Shown in pieces: positions 1 through 14,600 of a stretch of 64,000 bases of DNA; within the stretch, counting starts at the first letter, position 1, and the number at the start of each line of letters is the position of its first letter. The stretch spans positions 55,802,001 to 55,866,000 of the forward strand of contig NC_045697.1 in NCBI RefSeq assembly GCF_009834535.1, written 5' to 3'. This DNA is from Camelus ferus (lineage: Eukaryota). The translations under genes and the position numbers were made by a program. The notes beneath the pieces were generated by a model. It searched no databases, was not told the DNA's origin, and saw only the letters and a program-made list of their open reading frames with translations.

Positions 1-28
1 CAACTTGCAAATTTCAGGCTTGACTCCA

Positions 29-32
<4 letters not shown>

Positions 33-73
<41 letters not shown>
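33..73. repeat. (TG)20 dinucleotide microsatellite
   Basis: Uninterrupted TG run read directly from the sequence. Confidence 0.97.
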
Positions 74-79
<6 letters not shown>

Positions 80-1139
80 GATGGCGCTCCTATGTCAAAA
101 TAACAAGAGAATTATAGTGGCTTTAACAGAGAGAAAACTTTGGAATCATTCCCTCCTCTCTGAGTGAGAAAACACATAAACTATTAATTAATTACAGTCA
201 GGGAAATTAATACCATTTACCCTTACTGTTATCTTCCATTTTCCAGGCATACAAGAAATGCAGACTTCTTAGTCTTCTCAAAGCAGGATGAATCATGTTA
301 ACAGTTCTAGTCAATTATATATAAACAGAAATGACATGTGACACTTCAAGTTGAGAACTGTGAGCCTTTGAGGAGACAACAGGGAAAGTGGGCTGAGGTT
401 ACAAAGTTGTAGATTGAATTGGCCTGGATCCTTATGTCATTGCATAGAAGAGAGAGCCTTAGGAGCTGCAGAATAAATCTTTACATCTGCTTATCCCTAG
501 CATGTTTTGACATATATAACTCAAATGTCTATCTATATCCTGCACATACAGATTCTACTGCACCCCATCATGTAACCATTCCACAGATACATAAGGAAAA
601 CTCATCTGTTTTAGAAATTTCCCTGTAAGCAGTTGGGGTTCAAGAAAATTATTCTCTGTATTTTCACTCTTCTACTTTTGGCATTTCTTTGATTTACATA
701 ACTTTTTCTTAACCTAGATTTACCAGCATTCATGTTCTCATGTTGAATTATGATGGAGAAAAGATTCTCTCTTTGTAACACTTTAGGTCAATGTCTCATA
801 ATTGAATTTTCCAGATTTATTTTGTTCACATACTAAATTCAAAGTCAAAAACCAAAGCTGACAAGATGACATAGAGAAAATATCATATGATGAATGAAGA
901 ATTGTTCATGTGGTCATCCTTGGTCTAGTCAGTGTGAGACAGATTTGATGTGCTGATTGTCCAGACCTGGATCCCACGCTAATACCTGGAACATGCGCAG
1001 GGAAGCTGGTACTCTCAGCTGCAGGGACTCAAAGTGACTGGTGTCTCAAAGAAAATACTGAAATACCAATCCAGATCTAATAACATTAATTCTGGAAGGA
1101 AAGGATGCCTAGGGGTCTCCCGTATTATAATTTTTCATA

Positions 1140-2720
1140 TCAAAATGCAATAAGATGATAAATACGAATTTATAATTAACAAAGGTGAAGAAAATTATTA
1201 GTCTTTATACCACGCACATTGTCTAACTGAAAAAAATATTATCATTTAAAAAAACAACTAGAATTGAAAGCTTCTTATAATTTCCAGGTTATAATATAAA
1301 TAAAAACAGTCTTCATGAACTTGGAATAGGCAAGTAGTGTGGAGTACTACTGACAATGCAAAATCATAAAACACCTCAAAAAGAAATGCAAATTTACTAC
1401 AAGTCCAAAACTTCAAAATGTTAAGGAGAGTCATTAAAAAAATTTTACCAAATGGAAGCACTGCATTATGCATGGGTGTAGCAAACACTATTGAGATATT
1501 AATTTCCCCAATTTTGTTAAAGTTTAGTAAAACCACAATAAAAGTCCCCTAAAATTGGGATATGGGGGAGGGGTATGTGAAAACTGGACATTGACAGATT
1601 TTAAATTTCATCTATATGAATAAGAACATAAGGGGGGGGAAAGGACAGATTAGCATTATCAGATATTAAAGAGCATATTAAGTCTAAAATAGTTGAATAA
1701 TTGTCTTCCTGAAACATTAATAAACAGAGAATGAAACAGTGTAGAAAGTTCCAAAACAAAGTACTATATACATGTATACACACACATAATGTGTGTGTGT
1801 GTATATATATATAGTGTGATGAATAATAAACAAAGCACTTCAAAACAGTGTAGTTAACTCAAAGAAAATGGATACCCTTTGAAAAAGTATAATTAAAATT
1901 AATGCCTATTTCAAATCATATATAAAATTCAATTTTAGATATATTAAAGATTAAAATAAAGCATAAAATACTTTAAAATGTAATTTAGATATTTTAAAGT
2001 AAACAAATACAGAAAGATAAAAGAAAATATATATATGTGATTATATAAAGTAGTAATTTTCTACACAAATTTCATAAAAAGTAATCAGAAAAATAAACAT
2101 AAAATATGTATCATGCAAATTATTAATACCCTTAATAAACTGATTCTACAACCTAATTGAAAAATAACAAAAAGACAAAACTAAAACTATGCAAAAGGAA
2201 ATTCTGAAGACCAACAATATTAAAAATGGTAGCACCAATTTTAGTCACAAATGAAAACAAAGGAGATAAATTTTTTCATTTAATACATTGATAAAATATG
2301 CATATACACATAAACAAAATATTCCAGTATCAGTTTGGGAATAGTGACAGTGTCACTATGATACACTATGAGTTAGAGTATAAATTTTCTTAGTATTTAT
2401 ATAAAGCAACAAGGCAACATCTGTGAAAATCATTAGATACATAGTTACATTATGATCAGTAATCACACTTCCAGAAATATGTTCTGAAGACATTTTCCAT
2501 GATATTGGTTAGTGGTGAACTACTTATGGTTGCAAGAAAGAAGAACAATCTAAATTCTAACAGGAAAATATTACTTAAATGAAATTTTTTTTGGTACGCA
2601 GTGGAACATAATATAGTCCGTAAAATAATGTCTTAGCAAAACAATTAATGAAATGTTCAAAATGCATTCTGAATTTGAAAGCATTATCTGAATAAGATGT
2701 CAACTTTGAAAAAATTATAT
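1140..2720 (+). mobile_element. Highly degraded ancient L1 (L1ME-like) ORF2 3' part and 3' UTR fragments
   Basis: A-rich plus strand with decayed L1 ORF2-type segments, e.g. ...gcattatcagatattaaagagcatatt..., ...aatcacacttccagaaatatgttctgaagac.... Boundaries are approximate. Confidence 0.55.
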
Positions 2721-4119
2721 CATGCATTAACCAATATCTCCAGGCCCAAATGAGGCCATATTAACTACTCAAATATATATTCTAATATTTTAAAAATCAA
2801 TTATCTATATCTGTATCTATACCTATTGACCCCTCTCTCCTTAACAAAATATTTCCCAGTATTTCTGTTCCTCATGGGACTGTCTCATGAACAAGTCTCA
2901 TGAAAATTGGTAGTCATGAACAACTGCCCTTCAGATGGCCACTGTGTCTACCTCCCAGTGCTCCCTTACACAAAACCAATTCCTGACCTTTTCAACGGCT
3001 TTCTCAAAGTGGCAGTCAGAGCTTGTCAAGATCATTGTCTATGAACCATCACTAGGCAGGTAAGCAGCTTGTTCTTGGTACTGCAGTTCCCACCTGATGC
3101 CTAGCTGCATGGAGGTATATTTGCTTTGTGGAAAGCTTTACCTTTACCACAAATATGCACTTGCTTCATATCTTAGCAAATTTCTCCATAATAGAAATTA
3201 AGTTTTCACTCTTCCATTTGGAAACACACAGACAAAAGGCATAGAACAATTCCATATTAATCAAATTATATGTAGATATAATTTCAGCATATATCAGAAG
3301 CTCTTATGATAGAAACATTATTTTTACATTAGATTTTCCTCATATATATATGTTGTTCTCTGGGTATTATTCAATTGTACAGATTGGTGATTTTAAACTA
3401 ATAAGCCATTGCAAGTTTCTGAAGAGACTAGTTTTGTTGAGATGCTGAATTTTCTCTACAAAAAAGAAGGGAATTTCTGAAGGTATATTCCTGCATTTAA
3501 TTTACTGGAATAAAAAGTTAAAAATAATTTTTCAAAGTGTAAGCTAACAAGTTTTCCTATTTTCTGTATTAAAATTTAAAGTATAGGAAAATCAAACCAA
3601 ATAGCAGTGATTATATTATTGCTTTGAAAATAGCTAGTCTCCAGTAGTAATTGCATATTTAAATTAAAAAAAAAAAAGGTATTCCATTACTCGGCACTTC
3701 ACACTAAATGTGGCCAATTAATGGTATGTAGAACACTAAGCTTCAAAATCCCTCTAATACTTCAAGTCATTTTGCAAGAATGTGTTAGAAAAATAGTACT
3801 TTAAAATACATATTACCTCAACAATCTAAAATATTCAATTAAAAAGAAATCACAATGATTTTCGTAGATTAAAATCATTTTGTACATTTTGATTCTGGAA
3901 AGTTGTAATTGTAATATACAATCAAATACCTCCTGGATCTTCTGAGTTAGTAACCAATCTTTCCCAATGAATTGATCCAAACAAGTACTGACAGTACTTC
4001 AGAGTTGGCTCTCAAGAAGAAACTTATTTGCCAAAAGAAACTATATTCCTTTAATGAGTGCCCACTGTATGTAAAGTTTATTTCTAAGTGCTTATAATGA
4101 ATTAAGAAATTTAATAGTA

Positions 4120-4290
4120 ATAAAAGCACTATGAGTAAGAAATATTATAATCTCCATTTTACAGACAAAGAAACTGAGGCAGAGAGGTTTAGTGATTTGC
4201 CAGAGGTTACTGTCCCAATAAGGGACAGAGATAGACATCCAGGCAGGTCATCTGGATGCAGAGTTCATACTCTCAATCCCTGCACTAGAT
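4120..4290 (-). mobile_element. MIR SINE
   Basis: Reverse-complement MIR core: ctccattttacagacaaagaaactgaggcagagaggtttagtgatttgcc. Confidence 0.85.
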
Positions 4291-4789
4291 GACTTCTTCA
4301 TGATGATGACAGGCCGGATTTAAGTACTTCTTGCTTCCTTTCGCTATGTCATAACCTATGTAGCTCAGTGCAGTCCCCATAACTCCCCTCACTACTCCTC
4401 ACTTTTCACAAGGGTCAAAAAAGTATGCTTGCATTTCTACTTACACATATAAAGCTGATATATTTCAATATCTATCTATCTATAATTTCTTTATGGATGT
4501 AAAGACATTATTTCCACTAAAATAAGAAAGAGCCTGCTCTATATTATTAGGATGGCCACTGTCAACACTTAAATTTGTAATCTTTACTTCCATTTTTCCA
4601 AATACTCCATTTTTTTTCATTTAGTCAACATCTTTTTCTTCAACCTCTGAGAGATAAGAGTTATAAGACTTTTCCTTCAGCCAATATCCCTTCCCACTTC
4701 TGAGTTTTCTTCTCTTTTCTTTTTAAATATTTTTTAGCCCTAATGTACAACACTTGAACTACTTCACTTCTGTTGCATCATCATTCCAG

Positions 4790-4980
4790 CCCATTGTACT
4801 TATTCTGCAATGGATTGTTCCATATACTGAATTGTGTCCCAGTCTGTAGTCTTGTCACTTCCTATTCTTTTCCTACAGTGCTGACAGAGTGATCTTTCAA
4901 AATGCAAATCCGATCATACTGTCCACTGCTTATAACATTCTGTGGCTGTCTATGGCCTACAGAATGAAGGGCAAGTGTTT
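4790..4980 (+). mobile_element. L2 LINE fragment
   Basis: cagagtgatctttcaaaatgcaaatccgatcat...ctgcttataacattctgtggctg matches the typical L2 3' region. Confidence 0.7.
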
Positions 4981-6789
4981 TAGTACTTAGTACACATTCC
5001 AAACTCTGTCACTCAACTTGTGACTAAAACAGAACTCAGTCTCTGTGTATAAAATTGATTTAACACTGAATCTTTTGAATAGAGAGACTTTATGCCTCAA
5101 TTTTACAGACTTCCTTGACATTTTAATAGTTTCAGTGTCTGTTCCTTTTAATCTATAAAAATATAACAAATTTAGAATATGCAGTCTTAATGATATGTAA
5201 ACATTTTCTCTGCAGAATTTTTAAGACTGCCTTAGAAAGAATCCAAACACCTATGAATTATTTCTATATATTTAATGACAGTGGGTTTTATAGGAACATG
5301 ATAATATGTATTTTTAACCTCAGTTTCTATGAAAGATTCCCCTATTGTTCAGGAGCTGCCTCAGAAAAGACCGTGTATTTGTTTATTATCTTCTTTAATC
5401 AGACACTTCAGATCTTTAGGGGCTAGAATGAAATGATTTTGGAGGGGGGTGAAATTACTTTTTAACCTGGAATGTGACAACTTTACTATTTCAAGCCCAC
5501 ATATAAGTATTTGGGTAGCTGAGGAAGCAGGCTTGTGTCTAGGCTTCTGTGAGTGGTGCTGGCATGTCTGTCATCTTGTTTGTGGCCCTTCAGTCAGAAC
5601 TGGTCTGCCATAATTCTCACAGTGGGAACCAGAATATAAGCAAGCCCCTGCTAGCACTGCCTACTCAGTCAGGCCATTCTCCCATTTCCTCATAGGATCT
5701 GCTATTATCTTTTCATCTTGCAATTTCTGTGAACTCATGCTTTTACATCTCTGCCTCTAGAATTTACATAAATAACACCCTATGTTTAATCAGCAGGTAT
5801 AAATAATCTATTCCAGACAGCCCACCTAATTTTTCTCTCAACACTCTTTATTTTGTGTTCCTACAAGAATGTGATGTTTTGCTCCCTGGCTATGCCCTTA
5901 GCCTGGAAGAGGTTTTAGCAAACAGAAAACACTCAGTATTGCTATTTTTTGAATGAATAGGTGAGTGGAAATCCCAAAGCCCTGGAAAAGATAGTCTTCT
6001 TTCACTACTTTCAGGTGTTTGAAACCTAAACAGCATGAGCCAGTAGTTCCACGTGAGCTAGCCCCATATGAGCACAGTTCCCGCTGAGTAGATGAGGAAT
6101 AACGAGCCCTTGACTCTGCTGCAAGAGTATCCAACATTTGGTTAACTCTCATCCATTGTTCACTGGGACAGGAGAAATGCAAAATGCCAGTTACAGTACT
6201 AAGCAAGAGTATTTACATGTAAAATGTTTCCTGATTTACGAATTGCTTCTGGGCTGTGAGAGGAACTCTGAACTTCGAGCTTCCCCTAAGGGCAGTGACT
6301 CTTGTGACTGACATGACCATTGCAAGGATCCTACACATAGGTATGAAGCACAGAGGTTTTAAACCAGGGAAGATTCTGGATTCCATTTCATTGTATCTGA
6401 ACTGTCTGCTGAATGGCTGCTGCAAGGATCTCTGATGACGAGGAATGCCTCTTGTTGGCCTGCTTTCAAGCTGCAGTTTCTGGCCAATACCCTTCTGGAT
6501 ATACTGCCTAAGATAGCTGTGTGAACTAAGAAAATTTCCTCATGGGAACTGCTGAAACAAAGAGTGTTTAAAATATCAGTTTCAAACTATTTTAAATAGA
6601 CATTTCAAATTTGGAAAATCAAATAGAATATTTAAAAATTGAGATACTTTGCTAGAAATTTGAAGACATTAGAAAGTATATAATCAACTTACCAAGTATT
6701 TTTTGATGAAATATATACATACATGTGTGTGTAAATTCAGTTTGATACCATCGAATTAACCTATTAAAGAGGGAGCATAATACAGTCTA

Positions 6790-6930
6790 ATATCTTGGAT
6801 TAAAGATCTTTGCTAAAGTCATTTAATTATCTGATTGAAAGTGTCCTCTGCTGTAGCCCTAGGGTAATAATCTGCATCTAATCCATCTACCAAGATTGTT
6901 GTAAAAATCAAAATGGGATATTGTAAGTAA
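6790..6930 (+). mobile_element. Degraded MIR fragment
   Basis: aagtcatttaattatct...ggtaataatctgcatc...gattgttgtaaaaatcaaatgggata resembles the MIR 3' half. Confidence 0.5.
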
Positions 6931-7009
6931 AAGTGAGATGAGAATTTTAAAGCATTAAAGAAATATTGAAATACTATCTTGAACTGCTAACAACAGAATG
7001 CCCAAATAC

Positions 7010-7300
7010 AAACTTGTGGTTGCCAAGAGGGGGACGGGTGGGAAGGGACAGACTAGGAGTTCAAAATTTGTAGATACTGATAGGCTTATGTAGAATAGAT
7101 AAACAAGATTATACTGTATAGCACAGGGAAATATATACAAGATCTTGTGGTAGCTCACAGCAAAAAAGAAATGTGACAATGAATATATGTATGTTCATGT
7201 ATAACTGAAAAATTGAGCTGTACACTGGAATTTGACACAACATTGTAAAATGACTATAACTCAACTAAAAAATGTTAAAAAACATAAAAATTAAAAAAAG
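7010..7300 (+). mobile_element. Young 5'-truncated L1 (3' UTR only) with A-rich tail and TSD
   Basis: L1 3' UTR (aacttgtggttgccaagaggggg...gggaaggg...tgacacaacattgtaaaatgactataactcaa) followed by an A-rich tail. Flanking direct repeat agaatg(c/t)ccaaatacaaa at 6995-7012 and 7301-7318. Confidence 0.93.
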
Positions 7301-8628
7301 AGAATGTCCAAATACAAAGAACTCTGAGAAATATATTTAAAACTCTGACATGAAAGATTTTTGCACTTCAATCAAATGATATATTTATACATTTTTCCTG
7401 TTACATTGTCAAACTGTGCATTGTATTGGCAAGTTTGATATTTACCAATGTATCGCTTTGGTTTAGCAGGTATCTACATATTTTACCTTTCTTATTTTAG
7501 TAACGCAGTTTGAATGGGCCACAGAATTTGGATTGTATTCTCAACTTGGATGAAGTTAATCCAGTTTTGCCAGTGGGCCCCTCAGACCATGTTCCTGCCA
7601 TACTCCCTTGGATGACTCAGCTCTCGTGCACTAACCTCCTCGAGTTTTCTATCCTAGGGCATCGCACGTTTTACATCATCTGCAACCCTTCCCTTTCAAA
7701 TGTGACTTTCTGGATCCCCATTTTTATTATTCTCATTCCTGTGCCTTATTTTCTTCACAGTTTTTATCATCACATAATTGATTAAATGTTTATTAATTTC
7801 TATTTTAGTCTCCTCCTCTACTATGAAGTAAATTCCATAATGGCAGCAATATTTTCTTTTCATTTGTTTTCTTTTCCAATTCATAAATGTATCACAGACC
7901 TAAGTTCCTGACAAAGAGCAGAAATTCAATATATATTCCTTGGCTTTTAGTTCAGAACAATACTGATTAATTTACACTGGAGAAAGTCTCCACTATTATT
8001 TTGGAGTGATTCTCTACCCCATATGATCTCTATTCTCTGCTGGAATTTCAGCAGAGAGGCAGCTTTGGGAGCTGAGCTAGCTCACTATTAAGTTGCCCTT
8101 ATGCCTTTCCCATTCTGTGGCTTACTCTGCTAAGTTACTCTTTAAAAAAATTGTGATCAAAATGTTAGCTTCCACAATCATCAGGTGATTCTTTTCTGTG
8201 ACTTAACTTTAAGAGTAACAGCTAAATAGTAAATCTTGTGTGAAATCAAGCCTTTCCAACCCAAGTTCAGTTTTCTTTCAATACTTTCAGAAGTTTTTAA
8301 TGTTTACTAGAATACATAAGTCATAGGAATAACTTTTCCTTTTCTTGTTATGTTTCTTTTCCCCTAAATGGAAACCCAGTGGTTCTAGAAAAGTTGTTCT
8401 TATGTGTAGAAGTGTAGATTCCCAGAGTGCATCTCCTCTAGCTATAGTTTCTCCTAAAAGAGTTAACTAGTTGATTCCAGGTATATCCTTTACAAAAGGA
8501 TTCCAGAAATGCCTGCCCAAAGAAGCCCTAAAAACATATGTGACAAGTTCCCCATTATTTCTCAGATTTACAGTTTATGTGATTCTCAGCATCTAATGAT
8601 ACAAGTAAGGACACCTTTCTGCGTTCCT

Positions 8629-8684
8629 CAAACACCTGACTGTTAACGTGTCCATACAAACACTTGACTGTTAACATGTCCCAT
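8629..8684. repeat. 28-bp tandem duplication (2 copies)
   Basis: caaacacctgactgttaacgtgtccata followed by caaacacttgactgttaacatgtcccat. Confidence 0.85.
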
Positions 8685-9069
8685 TCACACCTTCAGAGAA
8701 AGCTACACCATGAAATGGTCCAAGGTCTTATCAATACTCATTTAAGAACTCTGTCAGAAATAAACCAAAGAGATTTCGGTAGAATTTTGTTGTCATCTAT
8801 TTTTGATTACTCCATTTGTGTGCAAGAAACTTAAATTTCCTCTATAGTTTTATATAGTTTCCATATTGCTACACATTCTTTGAGGATTGCAAAAATGTAT
8901 TCTGAGAATTTTAATCAATTTCAAGTATCCTCCACCTCCCCTGAACGAAAGGGAACTTTTCTCAAAGTTGCATCTAAGTTTATGTAGTCTCACAAATGTC
9001 AAACTCTGAGAAAATAAAAGCAAGCTTGTACTAGAAAATATAATCTCAACATATACATAAATAAAACCA

Positions 9070-9850
9070 TGTTATTTTTTTCATCTACTTATCTAATAAA
9101 TATTTTGCATCCACTAACTGTTCAAGAAGTTAAGTATGTAACAGCCAACAATACTAGGCTCCTGTCCTGAAGGAATGTGTTACGTAGGATATGAGATGGC
9201 AAGAAAGCAAGTGATTAGAATACAGCTTGGTAAGTTCTACTATAGAGGTAAACACAGCACGTAGGCTTGGGCAGCCATAGGAGAGCCACCGAACTAGTCT
9301 TGGAAAAATAAACAAAAATATCCCTAAGGAAATAATATTTGAAAATAAATCTGAAGTACGTAAGAGTTGCCCAAGCAGAAAGGAATTTCAAGTAGAGGGA
9401 CTGTCATATGTAAATGAGGGCTGGTGAGAGAGGGGGGCCTTGTGGAACTGGAAGTCATTAAGCAGGGCAAGAGGTAGAGCTGAGAGACTGGAGAGGTAGA
9501 GCTGGAAATGCAAGCCTAGGTCAAAGAATTCCTAGATCATTTTAATGAGTCAAATCTAAAACTAAAAATAATGCAAAGCCACTGAAGACTTCTGAGCATC
9601 AGGGTCAAACAACTGAAGCTGAAATATTGAGTGACCACTCTGACTACAGTGTGGAAACATCTTGAAGGGTAGGCAGCCTGAGGAAGAGAGATCAGATAGG
9701 CAGTTGTTGAAATAAGTCAAGTCACATGGGATTATGGATTAAAACAATTCAATGGAAGTGAAAGGGAGAGAAAGGGAGGGGGCAAGCAAAGGGAGAGAGA
9801 CTTGAGAAGTTTAAAGAAGTGGTGGTGATAAGTCTTAATAATTGATGAGC
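9070..9850 (-). mobile_element. L2 LINE fragment
   Basis: Purine-rich plus strand with decayed antisense-L2 motifs (aatgcaaagccactgaagacttctgagca; accactctgactacagtgtggaa). Boundaries are approximate. Confidence 0.65.
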
Positions 9851-11369
9851 ACTTACAGTCAGAATTTGAATAAAATTTCCAGTATGTTGGACCCCATGGA
9901 GTCAGGTGTAATCAAGAAGAAAAATCTGGAACAGATGTTAAAATGCTATACATCACATCAGAGAGGCAAGGTGTGACTACTCTTTGACTAAGAATGAGAA
10001 TATGACAAAAAAGAATGAGTACAAAAGTTCAAAACGTAGTTAATCACCCAAATGTCAGTCTTAAATAAAGGCCAGCATTCAGATGCCTTACATGACAGAA
10101 AGAGTGCCCTGTTTTGTCAGAGTCTCATAGTTCCCTTGAGATACTCTCAGGCAGTTACCAAAACCTATTGCCATAGTTGGCCTTGATTCTCCCTAATGGA
10201 TGCCACTCAGTTACTGTTCTCTGATCGTTCTGACAGAAAATTGAAGTCTGAAGAGACCTTGTTTGTTTGTCCTTTAATATACAAGGGGAACAGTGTGCTT
10301 CATGTTCCATCTGTGAATCATCCTTATTTTAATCAGTATCTCTTACATAAGCTAAAAGAGACATTGATTGAAGCTGTTACTTTGCTGACAAACAGATTTT
10401 TTTATTTGCAAAAATCTCAGGAGAAAAGTATCTTTTCTGCACAGGCATAGGCAGAGCAGTTACCTTTAGAGTAGATACACATTGTATTATTGCTTTAACA
10501 GCATTACATACTCAAAAAATGATGCAATTTGGATATTACTTAGGGAAATCTGAAACTCTCCCTACTGAGACTGCGAAGTGGCATAAATATTTTTCTCTTT
10601 CAAATTATCTCTTTCTCTCTCTCTCTTCCTCTCTCTTGACATACAACGACAACTTTGCTAGTTAATAAACAACCAGGCTCAGAATCTCTATTTTCAATTT
10701 CTCACCTTTTTTGTCTCTTAAGCAAGAGAGAATTTAGTGACTTGGGACTCTGGAATCCTGAGTAAGAACTTTCTTCTTGGAATGCAACTACCTAGGAATT
10801 TTCTTAGCCAGCTGAGGAAAGAATTAACCAAGTAACACTTCAGTAATGAGTATTTATAATAGGAAGTAAAAACAAAAGATATTTTAGTGTTGAATTCTAA
10901 TTAGGGCATTGATCCATAATGTGACAAATCACTAGCCAGCTTCCTATTAAAACCCAGGAAGCAAAGCACAGCACTGAAATAAAGTGATGGCAAAGGGTGT
11001 GACTTGGTAAACCTTGTGTAAGCTGAAAGGCAGCCCACCATACAGAAAGGTTTGGATGCAGAGAAGAAAAACAAGGGTGAATGTGTCCTTTGCTGCTTGT
11101 GGCAACTCAGTTTTCAGGGATCACAGAAAAGTTCCAGAAATCATATAATGTGCCCTAAATAGAGCAAAGAAATAAAAATATCACTATGCAGGTCTAACAA
11201 TGTGGGGAATGCGGAGCTGAAAAAATATTGGAAGTGTTTGGTTCTTCATGTATTGTCTCACAATTTAACATATTACAAAAAGCAACTTTTTCTTTGCATT
11301 TTGATTTTGATTTAATATGTTCGGGTTTCTACAAAACAGTCACTAAATATTAAATTCTGAATAAGGGCC

Positions 11370-11692
11370 AGGCAGTGGCTGCTGCATATCCCTACTTACT
11401 ATTTAAACCAGGAGCCCCAAGAGACACCAGGATGATTTTTCTTACCACCAAACATATTCCTCCTTGGCATTCTTCAGAGTGGATACCAGGTGCTGACAAC
11501 TGGATCCACCAGATTCTAGAATTGGTTGATTGCTCAGTCCCACTATACTACAGATCAGCTTCTCCCTCTTTCAATACTACTTCCACCTTTTCACAAGTGT
11601 GTCTTCTGAGAGAACTCACCCAAAATATTCTAAATGCAACTCATCTTATAACAAACTGACAGCATGTTTCCAGGGAATACTACCTAGGACAA
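11370..11692 (+). mobile_element. Possible ancient ERVL-type solo LTR (LTR16/LTR33-like)
   Basis: Ends in tgtttccagggaatactacctaggaca, similar to the ...ttcctggggaacccaacctaagaca end of this LTR group. Confidence 0.35.
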
Positions 11693-14600
11693 CATCAGTT
11701 TAAAACATTAAGCAGAAAAAAAGTTATTCCCATCACATTATAATTTCTACACATTTAATTTTGGTTTATTTGTTTGCTTTATTAGAAAACTCACAGAAAA
11801 GCTGCAGTAATGATAATCTTCCAAATGTTAAATGGAGCAACGAACACATCCAAAGTTTTCATATAAAACTGTCTATAAAATTGATATTTGAGAATTTTCC
11901 CTCAGTTTCTCAGGGCCAAATCCTGGTTCCTTTTTTATTGTAATGAAACATCAGATGAGTTTTGTGTGCCAAAACTAAATGTCTCAATTGTACAACTTGC
12001 TGTTAGCGACAACACCAAAATATTTAGTCTGCTCTCCAAATCAAGTATGAATAGCATTGTGACTTATAACTGAAATTAAGAATAAAATAATCATGCAAAT
12101 AATTAAAAGTACTATGTTTGGGAGAAAAAAAAATTTCATGTCTTTTGATCCTTATGAAAGAAAGCATGTGATATTTGAGGCATTTTTCCTCCCTTATTGA
12201 TCACCAAATGGAGATTTCTCCAATAATTGTGGGTCCTATTTGTAATAAAACGCCTGGCAATATTTTTCCAGTAAAAATAATTTCAGAAGGGGCTTCATGA
12301 TACCTTTTAAACTGATATCTTTAACACTTCCATTTCTTATTTCACTTCTTTCTTACCCACTCTGCTAAATATATACATTGATACCTGTACTTTTAAATTG
12401 TGTCTGATAACAGATTCCAAACTAGTTAAAACAATAATATGGGACAATGGAGGATTCAGAAATAAATATCTGCTTATTGAATTCTAGGCACTAGTGAAAG
12501 AAATATATTTGAGGATGATCTATCCCAAAGCCCATCAAGTTACATCACTAACCTCTTTTCACATAAACACAAAAGTCTTCACTTTTGTTGTACTTTGGTT
12601 CAACAATGACCAATATATAATACCTTTAATTATCTCATTTTAAAAAATAATGTAGATTGAACATTAACATGTCTACTACAGTTTGTAGAAATTGTGGATC
12701 CAAGACACCAGGACATATTTCATATTGATCTCTTGAACAATTTAACTAATTTTAACATTCATATTCTGGTCATAAACTAAAAAATGAAGGGATTATTTTT
12801 ATTTGTCTTATTTAAATACATTATTGAAATGTAGAGCTAATTAATATGAATTGTGTAGAGTTACATGTCAGGATCCTGAATCCTTAAGCAAGTGCTAATT
12901 GTAAGAGACCACCCTTGGCTTCTCCCCTGGTCTTGGGGTCCTTATCTTTTTCGGGAGAGTGTAGTATTGTCCATTTCAACGTAAGTATGGCCTTCCTCAC
13001 CAATAGTCATTAAACAAAGTAAAGGTGTTTTGGGAGTACTGACAGGAATATAATTAGAGACAAAATTTGGACACACAAAATAGATTAACTAATACAAAAC
13101 AGATCCTTATTAACTATTAATAAAGAATTATTTTTCCTTTAATCTTTGAATGCCTTGATATATATTCTATCATATTAGCATGAATGGGTGAATTCTGGAT
13201 CCGAGACTGTCTTAGCCTACTCAGTTAAGTATTAGTGCAACAGAGGGCTACCTACATATTTTCTTTAAACATATTATTACTTATGAGGTGTTACCTAAGC
13301 ATCCCATATGGCAATCATTAAAATTATACCTCATGTCCTCTGGGCAACCATCTACAAATTCATATTGAAATAATGCCTACTGAAGTCTGTCAGTATTACC
13401 TAGGTAATTCTTAAAATTTTGAATGTAAATAGATTTTGCTTAGCTCCATCAGGCCCTTGGTGTGTCTGGACCCTAGTCATAGGTCATGAGGCAAGCTTCT
13501 TAAAGATTCAATTCATTAGGGAAAAAAAGCAATCAGAAGTGTTTCCAATGGTACATATGTTTTGTACATTTTACAGCAATAACTTAGTTTCTTTCTAGTA
13601 TTTCAACCATGTATTTACTCATGGTCTTTCAGATTTTGCTAAGTGTTAGGCACGGTTCTTGCTACAGAAGACACAGCACTGCTGTGGATACTGTGGATAT
13701 AGTAAAAATGAGCAGAAAATTTATCTATCTATAATCTCCTCGATAATTTCAGAAAATAATCACAGTGAGTACAACAGAAGCAGAAGCGTGTGATAAGACA
13801 GAAACTGACTGTGGTGATGAATTGCTTAGATATCCCAGACATACTCCTGTCTGATGACACAGTTCCAATCTGCCATGGAAATAAGTCCAGTTGACAATTT
13901 ATATGATGTTGAGTTTTAAGATCATGGACAATGTGTTTTGGTATCTGGTTTCTATCAGTCTTAGGGCACAAAGGCCTCTTTGGTAGGGTTGTCATAGCTT
14001 CACAGCTTGAGTCTGGATCTAGAAAATATGGTATCAGAGTGTGTCATTTCCATTGCATTTAATGCCGAGTAAGCAGTGATCTAGCCCATCGTTCTTATCT
14101 CACATATTATCTTGTATCCGAATATCCTCACTTTAAGTGTACATGATCTGTGTTCCTAATGGACCCCAGTGATGTGATACTCAGTTCTCACTGGAACAAA
14201 ATCCTCATGGCCTTCACTCTTTCACTACATCATAACCATGTTGAAATGCTCTATGTTTCAGCTAAAGATCTATTCCTTATTGAATTATTATTGGTATAAA
14301 TTTTTTAATGTTCTAGACTCATTTTTTAGGAGAGAAAACAAGGATTCAGGTATCTTAACACTGTGATGAATTCTAAAAATGAAACAAGAGAAGTCTGAAA
14401 ACCCAAAACTCATGTAATGTATAAGACCAAAAATACAGCCATCCCTCATTTAATGGGTCTAAAACTTTCTTCCAAATTCTGAACTGATATACTGTTATTA
14501 TTCAGTTTAAATTTCTTAATGGGAGACTCAAAATGGCTCAGTTGCAATTCACCTCTCATAAATAATTCCAGTAAATAATAATCCTAATAAATGAGAGATT

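Noticed and set aside
3931..4010. Possible minus-strand 79-nt exon (PTLKYCQYLFGSIHWERLVTNSEDPG) and the hairpin aagtactg-a-cagtactt
   Set aside because: Weak acceptor and donor, unrecognised peptide, and an 8-bp inverted repeat is expected by chance.
12890..12990. Consensus donor AAC|gtaagt on the plus strand
   Set aside because: No matching acceptor or coding signal could be established.
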